62,293 nucleotides of DNA. It comes from an uncultured Spirochaetia bacterium. Lineage in GTDB: Bacteria > Spirochaetota > CALGPD01. Every line of letters begins with the position of its first letter. Positions within the stretch are counted from its first letter, which is position 1. The notes beneath the pieces were generated by a model, which saw only the letters and a program-made list of their open reading frames with translations, was not told where the DNA came from and did not search any database. The stretch spans positions 1 through 62,293 of the forward strand of contig CAYUYT010000001.1 in the NCBI GenBank assembly GCA_964449345.1. The letters are read 5' to 3'. Both the position numbers and the translations under genes were made by a program. This document shows positions 18,268 to 26,769 of this stretch, one piece after another.

Positions 18268-18666
18268 TTAATCAAGTTCCCCTGAATCTTCCAATTCATC
18301 AAGATAATCATTCATTTCTTCGATATCTTCCGTATATAAAACGTCGCAATCTTCACAGACTTTTTTATGAAGCTTCCATAACCAATGATGCGCATTATCC
18401 TGTTTATGAGGAGAGATAACGCATTCAGGGTCACTTAAATCCATAAAGTCTTTAATTTTATCAACCATATTATCTATGTATTCATCGTATTCTTCATGAA
18501 CGCCTTTGATCCTCCTTGCGCTTCGTAAAACTTCACGAAAATAGACTTTCTCCTTGCCTGATTTTGTGGTTTGTAAAATAGTTATGCCTTCTTTAAAATT
18601 ATGATTAAGCTCGTTAAATTGTCTTAGAGTCTCGATATTACAAAAAGGATTGGCTTTTTTTGGCAT
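18268..18666 (-). CDS. Hypothetical acidic-tailed protein
   Basis: 132-aa ORF with GGAGG upstream (reverse complement of cctcc at 18674-18678) and C-terminus DDYLDELEDSGELD. It is divergent from 18807. I recognise no family. Confidence 0.45.
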   Translation of the reverse strand: MPKKANPFCNIETLRQFNELNHNFKEGITILQTTKSGKEKVYFREVLRSARRIKGVHEEYDEYIDNMVDKIKDFMDLSDPECVISPHKQDNAHHWLWKLHKKVCEDCDVLYTEDIEEMNDYLDELEDSGELD

Positions 18667-18806
18667 TGTATATCCTCCGGTTTTAATAATTAACTTTAAA
18701 ATTCGTACTAAAAAAAATCAAGGAAAAAATATTTTATTAAGTTTAAGTAAAAATTAACCTGCGAAGATTTTATTACGATAATATATTAAAGGTATTAAAA
18801 GAAAAA

Positions 18807-19646
18807 ATGTTTAGTGAAAAAACCATATTGATTTTTTCAGGGTTACTGGAAAATATAAATAACGCAGAAGAATTGGCGAAAATTGCAAAATCAATTTCCC
18901 CGGAAATAGTATCTGAAAAAATAAATGACGTAAAAGGAATAACGGATTATTTTTTTAAAAAAAACCGTATTTATGACTGGATTAATTCGGTTTTAAACAG
19001 GATTGGCTCTGCAAATATTTACGGAATCAGACAATTTCTTCAGGAACTTGAAAATGATAAATTGTTTTATAACCATGAAACAAAGTGCATTGAAACTTTC
19101 AGCCGGGAAAAACATAACTGCCCTAACTGGGGATTGTTTGGCGAAGGAGACAAAGTTTTCGTTTGCATGGCAAGAATAAAACTAACGGAAAAAAAAGAAA
19201 AGCAAATCGATTTAAATAACGCTTTTTACAATTTCGTATCGCCAAAAATAAAGTCATTTAACGGCAGGATATGGAATTTCAACAAAGGCAATTTTACAGC
19301 GGGGTTTTTTCCGGGCAATAAAACAGATGCCTGTATTGAAACAGCAATTGACATTCTATTAAATATGCCCGTTTTCAACAACTGGTATTCTCCGGCACAG
19401 GATAACGTTAACGTTAGAATATCATGCGTAGCGGATTTCGTTAATTATACAAATATAACGAAAAACATTTTCGGTCCGGCTGTGGGAATGATTAATTTAC
19501 TTGAGGACAGAATGGAAGATAATACAATATTGATACATGAAAATTTGTTAAATCAACTTTTACCGGCTAAGCAAAAAGCTTTTCAAAACAACGGACGAAT
19601 AGGCGATGAAAAATTATTTAATTTTTTTTGTGAAATAGGTAAATAG
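18807..19646 (+). CDS. Hypothetical protein with degenerate class III cyclase-like (CHD) C-terminal domain
   Basis: Residues ~115-265 follow the CHD pattern by eye. VFVCMARIKL stands for LFaDIvGF, NGRIWNFNKGNFTAGFF for GxxiKtiGDaymavF, VNVRISCVADFV for lxlRIGIhtGpV, and FGPAVGMINLLEDRMEDNTILIHENL for GDtVNlAsRLEslAepgxIlvSe. Both metal-binding Asp positions appear substituted. Confidence 0.45.
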   Translation: MFSEKTILIFSGLLENINNAEELAKIAKSISPEIVSEKINDVKGITDYFFKKNRIYDWINSVLNRIGSANIYGIRQFLQELENDKLFYNHETKCIETFSREKHNCPNWGLFGEGDKVFVCMARIKLTEKKEKQIDLNNAFYNFVSPKIKSFNGRIWNFNKGNFTAGFFPGNKTDACIETAIDILLNMPVFNNWYSPAQDNVNVRISCVADFVNYTNITKNIFGPAVGMINLLEDRMEDNTILIHENLLNQLLPAKQKAFQNNGRIGDEKLFNFFCEIGK

Positions 19647-20885
19647 ATGAAAACTATTCAAACTTTAATATATTCTACCAATAGAAACCTTATACATAAA
19701 ATTCAAAGCGCACTTGAAATTGTGCCTGCTAAATATGCAGGAGATTTTCGTTTTAATTTAATTTTTGAAGACGATATAAGAAAATTTCAATTGCGTTTGA
19801 ACGAAAATATATTAGATTTGTACATTATTGAACATGACGCGGCTTTGTCTCAAGGGTTCAAAGCTCTGGATATACTTAAAAAACAACGAGAAACAAAACC
19901 TGACTTTCTAGAAAACGCAAAAATAATTTTCATCGGCCCGGATGATGCTAAAACCGTTGTAAAAGCTTATGAAAACGCGTTTTTAAGCGGATATGAAATC
20001 ATGAAGGATTTAAAATCGGAAAATTTCGCAGCTAAAACAATTGATAAATATTTCATACAACAACCTAACCAAACAGTTAATAAAAAAGAAGAAAGCCTGG
20101 ATAAAAACAAAAAAGCAAAACAAACCGGAAATGAACAGATTTTCGATGAGTTGCTTTTATTATTAACGGGCAACTACGTTGATATTGCTGAAAATTTAAA
20201 AAAAGCAGTTTATGAAAAAAAAGAGCTAGAACAAAACGCAAAAAAATTGAGTAAGGAAATAGAAGATTTAAAATTAGCGTACAAACAAAACGAAATAGCT
20301 AAAATCGAGAATATCAAACCGGCAAAACAGAACATGGAAGATTGGCCTTTTAAAAATGAAAATGGTAAATCTTTAGAACAAAAAATGTTTTTTTTAGATA
20401 TTCGAATTTTTATTAATCCGGGAATTAAGCAAGTTTATTTGCGTTATGAAATTCAAATACTTTTGGATTTGATATATAGATTTTTCAATTCTCATTTTCA
20501 GCATTATGAACACGTTACCCTGCTGTCAAATACGGATAGGGTCTTATGCGTATTTAATTCAAGTAACGCAATTAAATGCGCCCTTGAAATAATTATTGAA
20601 CTCGCAAAAATTAATTATACCGAAAACGCGATTTTAAAAAACTTTAAATTTAATATGGGAATAGATTTTCACGATGTAAAAAATGCCCATAACGCAGGGG
20701 ATATTTTAAAAAAAGCCGATTTGAAAACAATTGAAAAAATATTAAACAATGTCAAACCGGCAAACACTTTATATGTAACAGGGGAAGTTTATAATACCCT
20801 TGGGGAAAAAATAAAAAAGTTTTTTAAATATCACAAAAAATCAAAAAATCTTAGCTTCTATTCTTATTACGCTGTATATGGTTAA
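19647..20885 (+). CDS. Hypothetical protein: pseudo-receiver-like N-terminus, coiled coil, degenerate class III cyclase-like C-terminus
   Basis: The ATG directly abuts the stop of 18807-19646. The N-terminus has DLYIIEHD...KIIFIGPDD in a receiver-like layout without the acidic DD pair. The C-terminus has MFFLDIRIF (D251), SNTDRVLCVF (D297), NAIKCALEIIIEL, FKFNMGIDFHDV and PANTLYVTGEVYNTL. Confidence 0.45.
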   Translation: MKTIQTLIYSTNRNLIHKIQSALEIVPAKYAGDFRFNLIFEDDIRKFQLRLNENILDLYIIEHDAALSQGFKALDILKKQRETKPDFLENAKIIFIGPDDAKTVVKAYENAFLSGYEIMKDLKSENFAAKTIDKYFIQQPNQTVNKKEESLDKNKKAKQTGNEQIFDELLLLLTGNYVDIAENLKKAVYEKKELEQNAKKLSKEIEDLKLAYKQNEIAKIENIKPAKQNMEDWPFKNENGKSLEQKMFFLDIRIFINPGIKQVYLRYEIQILLDLIYRFFNSHFQHYEHVTLLSNTDRVLCVFNSSNAIKCALEIIIELAKINYTENAILKNFKFNMGIDFHDVKNAHNAGDILKKADLKTIEKILNNVKPANTLYVTGEVYNTLGEKIKKFFKYHKKSKNLSFYSYYAVYG

Positions 20886-21260
20886 TTTGCCGTTATTTTA
20901 AATCATTAAACGTAACGCTATCACCGTTATTCCACTTTCGAATTTCAACCATACCACAGTAATATGTAGGTTTTGTAAAATACTAAATCAAAATCCAAAA
21001 TGTATTTTTTAATAAAATTTTCACTTTCATATTAAATTATTTTACAAAAAAAATGCAGTGTGATAGTTTTTTGCTATTTTGTAAACTGTAATTTATTAAA
21101 TAGATGTAAGTTAGAAAGACAAATTCGGATGATTTTATAAATTTAAATTTTCACCTTTAAAAAATAAAATATGGCGTTTTATTACTATTGTGTGTAAAAT
21201 TCTACTCACAAAATATTATTACGGTTGCCGTTTACATTCCTTATATTTATACTCATATTT

Positions 21261-22547
21261 ATGGAAATTGCGTTAATAGAAATTAAAAAAGCCGGAGACA
21301 ACAAGGATTATAATGCCGGTTTCGGAACGACTTTTAATTTAAAAACAACGCCTTTAACCTTTGTTTTAAAAAAAACCAGAAAACATTTAGAAAAATTTCC
21401 TACTATTTCTTATGCTTATATTTCAGCAATATTTAAAAAATTTAATCACGTTGTTAATTACTATCAAAACGCGTTGCCTATTGATTGTTCCTTAGCACTA
21501 TTAAACGTAACGGCAATACGGCATAAACAAGAAATACAAATAATTAACGAAATAAAACGCAAAAAAAAATATAAAATCGGGGTTTACGGCGCTTTGGCAA
21601 CTGTTATGCCTGAATTGTTTAAAAACGTTGATTTTATAATCACGGGGGAACCGGAAAACGCTGTATTTAGCATAGCAAAAACGGGAAAAATACCACAAGG
21701 AATAGTTAAATCTTTATATGTAGAGGAATTAGACTCCTTGCCCTTTCCCGACTGGGATATATTTGATGTAAAAAAATTTTCCTATTCGCCTTTGCTTACG
21801 TATAAACCCTTTTTATTTATGCAAAGTTCTCGCGGGTGCAAATTTTCTTGCTCATATTGCCCGCATCGGTTAAACGGTAAATACCGTAAACGCAGTATTC
21901 AAAACGTATTAGATGAAATGCTATATTTAAAAGAAAAATACAGGGTTAAGGGAATACATTTCAGGGACTCATACTTTAATTTTAACGAAAACGAGGCGCA
22001 GGAATTTCTTAGCGAAATGATTAAACGCCGCCTTGATATTAAATGGGGAATGGAAACAAGGATAGATTCTTTAAATACAAAACTCGTTGATATTTTGTAT
22101 GATGCCGGGTTGCGCGCTGTAAAAACAGGCATTGAAAGTTCAGATATGAAATTGCTCGAAAAATTTAACAGAATGTCTCCTGATTTGGAGCACGCAAAAA
22201 ATGTAATCCGGTATTGCAACGGAAAAAAGATCAAATCCAACGCTTGTTATATCTTAGGTTTTCCTTCACAGGATAAAACCTTGCTTAAAAAAACGCTTGA
22301 TTTATCTTTTGAAATAAAATCAACTTTTGCGAATTTTTTCATTCTAACGCCTTTGCCCGGCACTAATTTTGACACCATTTTTGATTTGGAAATAACGGAT
22401 GAAAACTTAAACCATAGGGACAATTTTCACCTTGTTTTTAAACATGAAAATTTTACAAATAAGGAACTTAGAAAAATTCAGGCAAACTTTATTTCACGTT
22501 ATTATTTTCGTTATTCGTGGATTAAAAATTATGTAAAAATAAAATAA
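21261..22547 (+). CDS. B12-binding-domain radical SAM protein
   Basis: The CX3CX2C cluster is SSRGCKFSCSYCPH, preceded by a Rossmann-like segment (KIGVYGALATVMPELFKNVDFIITGEPE). I prefer ATG 21261 (MEIALIEI) over the TTG at 21225 listed in the ORF track. Confidence 0.75.
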   Translation: MEIALIEIKKAGDNKDYNAGFGTTFNLKTTPLTFVLKKTRKHLEKFPTISYAYISAIFKKFNHVVNYYQNALPIDCSLALLNVTAIRHKQEIQIINEIKRKKKYKIGVYGALATVMPELFKNVDFIITGEPENAVFSIAKTGKIPQGIVKSLYVEELDSLPFPDWDIFDVKKFSYSPLLTYKPFLFMQSSRGCKFSCSYCPHRLNGKYRKRSIQNVLDEMLYLKEKYRVKGIHFRDSYFNFNENEAQEFLSEMIKRRLDIKWGMETRIDSLNTKLVDILYDAGLRAVKTGIESSDMKLLEKFNRMSPDLEHAKNVIRYCNGKKIKSNACYILGFPSQDKTLLKKTLDLSFEIKSTFANFFILTPLPGTNFDTIFDLEITDENLNHRDNFHLVFKHENFTNKELRKIQANFISRYYFRYSWIKNYVKIK

Positions 22548-22617
22548 AATTTTTAAAAAAAACAAACCATTTTTTCGTTTTAAGTGTTAGAATACATAAC
22601 ACGGCAGGAGCATTTTT

Positions 22618-23559
22618 ATCCGTACTACTACAAACAAATACATATTTTTAATAATAGCAATTATTTTCTGTTTTGCCTCTGTTAGCGCTCATGCAAAGTA
22701 TGCCAATCCCGGCGTTGCAAATGATAAAAGCTATGATTTTGATAAATATTATAAAGATAATAATTTTAGTTTTAAAAATTACTCAAGAACCGGCCGCCAA
22801 CCTCAAAAATTTGCTCTGGTTATCGGTCAGAATAACTACAAAAAACGCCCTTTAAAAACGTGTGTAAACGATGCAAAAGCAATGACAAGAGTATTTAAAA
22901 CGAGTTTATTCGTACCCGAAAAAAACATAAGATTATTTTTAAACGAAAGCGCAAGCAAAAACCGAATAATCAGGGCTTTTAAGTCCCTTGCTAGGGTAAC
23001 AAAACCCGGTGATAAAGTATTTTTTTATTACTCCGGGCACGGAATAAGAACGTATGACGACTTAAAAGGAGAAAAAAGCACAAGTTTACTCCTTTCAACA
23101 GGAGAAAAAATTAGCGCAAGGCTTTTCGGGAATATGGTTAAAAAAATTAAAGCGTTATCCGTATCCTTTTTAGACAGTTGTCATTCAGGCGGTATGATTT
23201 CACAGGATTTTATATTCAACGTAAAAAAAATATCTAACCCCGTTGTAAACCGCAGGGCTTATTTCGTTGCATCGAGCAAGTCCGAAGAAACGTCAATGAC
23301 TATTCCTCTTTATAAACACAGCAGATTTACATATTTTCTAAGCCGGGCAATTTTGAGAAACAGAGCAGATTTAAATAAAGACGGGAAACTCAGTTTACAG
23401 GAAGTTTTTAGCTGGAGCAAAAAACAAACCCTGCTTTTCGGAGAAAAATACGGAGCTTTGCATAATCCCGTTATTTACGGCAAAAACCCGTCTTCAGTAA
23501 TATTGAACGAAAAAACCAAAAGAGATTTACCTTCAAATCCTGAAGATTTTTCAGCATAA
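22618..23559 (+). CDS. Secreted caspase-like (peptidase C14) protein with EF-hand-like loop; proposed ATC start
   Basis: The catalytic dyad motifs are FFYYSGHG and LDSCHSGG, and the domain entry FALVIGQNNYKKRPLKTCVNDAKAM lies upstream of the listed ATG (22882). The frame is open from 22600 and encodes RTTTNKYIFLIIAIIFCFASVSAHA with no ATG, GTG or TTG. AGGAG (22606-22610) sits 7 nt before ATC 22618. DLNKDGKLSLQE (23368-23403) fits the DxNxDGxLxxxE Ca-binding loop. Confidence 0.7.
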   Translation: MRTTTNKYIFLIIAIIFCFASVSAHAKYANPGVANDKSYDFDKYYKDNNFSFKNYSRTGRQPQKFALVIGQNNYKKRPLKTCVNDAKAMTRVFKTSLFVPEKNIRLFLNESASKNRIIRAFKSLARVTKPGDKVFFYYSGHGIRTYDDLKGEKSTSLLLSTGEKISARLFGNMVKKIKALSVSFLDSCHSGGMISQDFIFNVKKISNPVVNRRAYFVASSKSEETSMTIPLYKHSRFTYFLSRAILRNRADLNKDGKLSLQEVFSWSKKQTLLFGEKYGALHNPVIYGKNPSSVILNEKTKRDLPSNPEDFSA

Positions 23560-23687
23560 TTAAAAAAAACGCAATTATTTGTAAATTTGGGTGTTTAATA
23601 TAATTAGAGCACCAAAATCAAATTTTGGTCTAATTAACCCCCTCCCGGTTATAAATTTAACCGGATTTTAGACTATTTTTTGACCGC

Positions 23688-23719
23688 ATGGCCTTTCCTT
23701 TTCAGGGGAGGCCATTTTT
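23688..23719 (+). terminator. Rho-independent terminator downstream of the caspase-like gene
   Basis: ATGGCCTTTCC-ttttca-GGGGAGGCCAT forms an 11-bp stem with two G-U pairs, followed by TTTT. Confidence 0.6.
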
Positions 23720-23868
23720 ACGTAAACACATATTTCAACGCTTTTTTATAAACTATGTTTTCCCGTAATTTTGTTTTACAAATCGTAAAATCATTTTAAT
23801 TGTTCGTTTTTTAACGCTAATTTCTAAATATGCATTTATAATAAATATATTAATTTTTTATTATCAAG

Positions 23869-23903
23869 AGAGGCGGCATCTGCTAATGTCGCCTCTTTTT
23901 TTT
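23869..23903 (+). terminator. Orphan plus-strand terminator-like hairpin (AGAGGCG-stem family)
   Basis: AGAGGCGGC (23869-23877) pairs with GTCGCCTCT (23888-23896), with a 10-nt loop, followed by 7 T (23897-23903). No plus-strand ORF lies between 23720 and this hairpin. Confidence 0.55.
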
Positions 23904-23976
23904 CTATTTTTCTCTAAAATTTTTTTAAAAACAATAAATAGAATTTCACGTTATAAATTAATTTATTATCAGGTTT

Positions 23977-24327
23977 TTACGGTGAGCTTATTTTTTTAAA
24001 AGTGATTTCCCGTTCCGTTTTATTCACGTTTGTTTTAACTTTTAAAACTTTATCTTCAAGTTTCATAATACTCATAATGATTCGTTTTTTTCCGCCCATG
24101 ATAAAATAATTCAAAGTTAAAGTATTATCATCGAAAACGTATTTTCCGTTTAAACTCGTTGCATTGTCAGTATAAGTAAATGTGCCGTCGTTGTTAATCC
24201 TTAGCGTTGTCGTTGTATTTGTAGCAGTATCAACAGATTTCCACGTTCCGAATAAATCGCATTTTTTACAAGCAGTTAATGCAAATATAATAACCAAAAC
24301 AGGTATAATTAAAACGCCTTTTTTCAT
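23977..24327 (-). CDS. Small lipoprotein, function unknown
   Basis: The internal start MKKGVLIIPVLVIIFALTAC gives a signal peptide with the lipobox LTAC. The mature part is Thr/Asn-rich and looks beta-rich. Confidence 0.55.
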   Translation of the reverse strand: MKKGVLIIPVLVIIFALTACKKCDLFGTWKSVDTATNTTTTLRINNDGTFTYTDNATSLNGKYVFDDNTLTLNYFIMGGKKRIIMSIMKLEDKVLKVKTNVNKTEREITFKKISSP

Positions 24328-24370
24328 AATTTCCTCCGAATGTGTGTATACTCTAATTATAAACAAAAAA

Positions 24371-24390
24371 CCCCTCTGTGAAAAGAGGGG
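24371..24390 (-). terminator. Rho-independent terminator of the htrA operon
   Basis: CCCCTCT-gtgaaa-AGAGGGG starts 21 nt after the htrA stop codon. On the minus strand it is followed by TTTTTTGTTT. Confidence 0.7.
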
Positions 24391-24411
24391 TATGTTTCAT
24401 TTATCTTACTT

Positions 24412-25896
24412 TTATTTTTCTATAACCATAAACCTTATACGTCCTCGTCGCTTAATACGCATTTGGAACGTGTCTTTGTTTTTAATATTTGAAAAGATTT
24501 GTTTCGCCCTGCTAATTGAAGTCATTTTTAAACTTTCAATTTCAAGGATAACATCACCCGGTCTAATTCCCGCATCCATTGCAGAGGAATCCGGTTTAAT
24601 ACGCGTTACTACAACGCCGTAGCGCACTTTATGTCTTTTCTTTTCCGCTACGGTTAAACTGCGTAGTGTCATTCCGAACATTGTGTAAGTATTTCGGCTG
24701 CCGGGTGTACTTCCTCCTTCGCCTAAACTGCCGTCATTGCTGCTAATTGCCGATTCTCTGTTTGCAAGTACGACGCTAAAGGTTTTAACCCGGTTTTTTC
24801 GTCTAACCGTAATTTTAACGGGTTTACCCGGACGTTTTAGTGAAATTACACGTTTTAAATGCCCGAAATTTTTTATTCTCTTTCCGTTTACTTTAATAAT
24901 AACGTCCCATGGTTTTAATCCGGCCTTATCAGCTGGGCTTCCTTCCATAACTTCAGCTATTTTAACTCCGAATTTAATTTTCATTTTTCTGGATGTTTTT
25001 TCATCCGGGTTTGCAGGTATTACACCTAAATAACCACGTGTAACCTTACCGTGTTTAATTATCGTTGATATTACTTCTTTTACCCGATTTATCGGTATTG
25101 CGAACCCTATTCCCATATAACCGCCCGTACGTGTATAAATCATCCGATTGATGCCTATAACTTTTCCGTATATATTAACTAAGGGTCCCCCTGAATTTCC
25201 CGGGTTAATTGCAGCGTCGGTTTGTAAAAAATCATAACCGTATGACCTTTGCGTTTGCCTTGAAACTGCGCTGATTATGCCTTGTGTAATTGATCCTTTT
25301 AATCCGAAGGGGTTGCCTAACGCAAAAACAATCTCTCCCGGTTTTACGTTATCTGAATTCCCCATTTCAGCGTATGAAATTTTTGAAATATCGCCTAATA
25401 TTTTTAGAACAGCCATATCAGTTTCCTTGTCAACACCTACAACTTTAACTTTAAATTCCCTGTTATTTACAAGCATTACGGATAAACCCTTTGCTCCTTT
25501 TATAACGTGATGATTTGTAACGATATATCCTTTTTTGCTGATAATGACACCACTTCCAACGCCCTGTACTCTTCTTTTTGGTTGTTGTCGGCCTCTGTTT
25601 CTTTGCCTAAAAAAGTGCCTAAACAATGGATGCATTCTCCTTGCAGATGCAACGCGCGTTACTTTAATCAAAACAACAGCAGGCATAACGTTTTTAGCGA
25701 TTTGCGTAAAAATGTTGTTCATTGCCTTAATTGAATCAGGTGGATTAACTGTATTTGTCCTCGCTGTAATTTGCGCTTTGTTTACAAGCCCCGTGAGTAA
25801 AATTAATGAGAAAAATATAACTGCAATTTTTTTGCTTTTTGTTCTATGCATAAACAATAATCTCCTTATAATGATGTTTTCTATTTTTTTTAACAC
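24412..25896 (-). CDS. htrA: HtrA/DegP-family periplasmic serine protease with two PDZ domains
   Basis: The catalytic motifs are TNHHVI, the DMAVLK region and GNSGGPL, followed by two PDZ-like segments. The internal MHRTKSKKIAVIFF (25851) is an alternative start. Confidence 0.9.
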   Translation of the reverse strand: MLKKIENIIIRRLLFMHRTKSKKIAVIFFSLILLTGLVNKAQITARTNTVNPPDSIKAMNNIFTQIAKNVMPAVVLIKVTRVASARRMHPLFRHFFRQRNRGRQQPKRRVQGVGSGVIISKKGYIVTNHHVIKGAKGLSVMLVNNREFKVKVVGVDKETDMAVLKILGDISKISYAEMGNSDNVKPGEIVFALGNPFGLKGSITQGIISAVSRQTQRSYGYDFLQTDAAINPGNSGGPLVNIYGKVIGINRMIYTRTGGYMGIGFAIPINRVKEVISTIIKHGKVTRGYLGVIPANPDEKTSRKMKIKFGVKIAEVMEGSPADKAGLKPWDVIIKVNGKRIKNFGHLKRVISLKRPGKPVKITVRRKNRVKTFSVVLANRESAISSNDGSLGEGGSTPGSRNTYTMFGMTLRSLTVAEKKRHKVRYGVVVTRIKPDSSAMDAGIRPGDVILEIESLKMTSISRAKQIFSNIKNKDTFQMRIKRRGRIRFMVIEK

Positions 25897-25953
25897 TTAT
25901 CTTTTTTAATTATAGCATTTTTTCCGTACAATTTTAAAGTAATTGAAAAGAAA

Positions 25954-26769
25954 TTATTTCCCTGACATTCTTTGCAAATACTTTAGAGCATTCCTGTAAT
26001 GATGGGACCTGCTGTTTGCTTTTTGTACAACGAGTAAGAAATGTTTTCTGCTTTCGGAGAAATTCCCTTTTTTAAATTGGTCAACGCCTTGTTTATAATT
26101 CTTTTTAACAATAACATTTTTTTCACCGCTTTTCTTTTCAAGGGAATCAAAAACGCGTCTTGCTTTTTTTTGATTTTGCGTTTCTTTTATAACTTCGGTC
26201 GCATCTTCCTCAACGTTTTTTGCCTTTTCGGATTTACTTTTTGGCAAGCCTTCTGCTTTTTTTTGTTCAACGCCTTTTGAAGCCGAACTAGACTCAGAGA
26301 AACCTTTAGGGTTACCTCTCATAGCGAGGTCAGGTTTTTCTTTAAAACCGTATGTATTTTCGGTTTTAGTATTTGTATCCGATTGTGCAACTGCGAAGTT
26401 TGCGCTGTTTTTACCGAACCTGTATAAAGCCGCCCCGAATATAAAAAGAAACAATATAGTTCCTACTGCGTAAGACAACCGAGGAAGTGTAATATAATCT
26501 ATTATTCTATTCAAAATAGCTATCCTGTTTTTCTTTTGCGGAATTTCGTTTAATTTTAAAAATAATTTTCGTTCAAAATCTTTGGATGCTTTAATATTAT
26601 TAAAATCAAGGTGAATTAATTTTTTAGTATTTAAAATATCATCATAGAATTTTCTTGCGTTTTCATTCTGGTTGATGATTTTTTCAATTTGATATTTTTT
26701 CTCTCCGTCTATTTCTCCGTCGATGTAAGCATTAATTAATTTTTTGTGTTTATTCGTAAGCTCTTTCAT
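25954..26769 (-). CDS. Putative anti-sigma factor (single-pass membrane)
   Basis: It overlaps the ECF sigma gene stop by 4 nt. The N-terminus LINAYIDGEIDGEKK...ARKFYDD resembles an anti-sigma N-terminal helix, with one TM segment (LSYAVGTILFLFIFGAALY). The call rests mainly on context. Confidence 0.6.
   Translation of the reverse strand: MKELTNKHKKLINAYIDGEIDGEKKYQIEKIINQNENARKFYDDILNTKKLIHLDFNNIKASKDFERKLFLKLNEIPQKKNRIAILNRIIDYITLPRLSYAVGTILFLFIFGAALYRFGKNSANFAVAQSDTNTKTENTYGFKEKPDLAMRGNPKGFSESSSASKGVEQKKAEGLPKSKSEKAKNVEEDATEVIKETQNQKKARRVFDSLEKKSGEKNVIVKKNYKQGVDQFKKGNFSESRKHFLLVVQKANSRSHHYRNALKYLQRMSGK

Noticed and set aside
21053-21197. Tiny ORFs upstream of the B12-radical SAM gene (MQCDSFLLFCKL at 21053-21091 and MAFYYYCV at 21171-21197), considered as RiPP precursors.
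   Set aside because: They are 8-12 aa with no leader-sized region and no SD. There is no accompanying RiPP recognition element, protease or transporter gene. Chance ORFs of this size are expected.
22673-22855. A 60-aa ORF listed upstream of the caspase-like gene.
   Set aside because: It is out of frame with, and overlaps, the region that encodes the signal peptide and conserved start of the C14 domain in frame 1. I treat it as an artefact of the missing canonical start codon.
21225-23559. The radical SAM gene followed by the caspase-like gene, considered as a functional two-gene system.
   Set aside because: They share a strand and are only 59-70 nt apart, but I know of no functional link between B12-rSAM enzymes and periplasmic C14 peptidases. 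Adjacency alone is insufficient, so I kept them as separate annotations.
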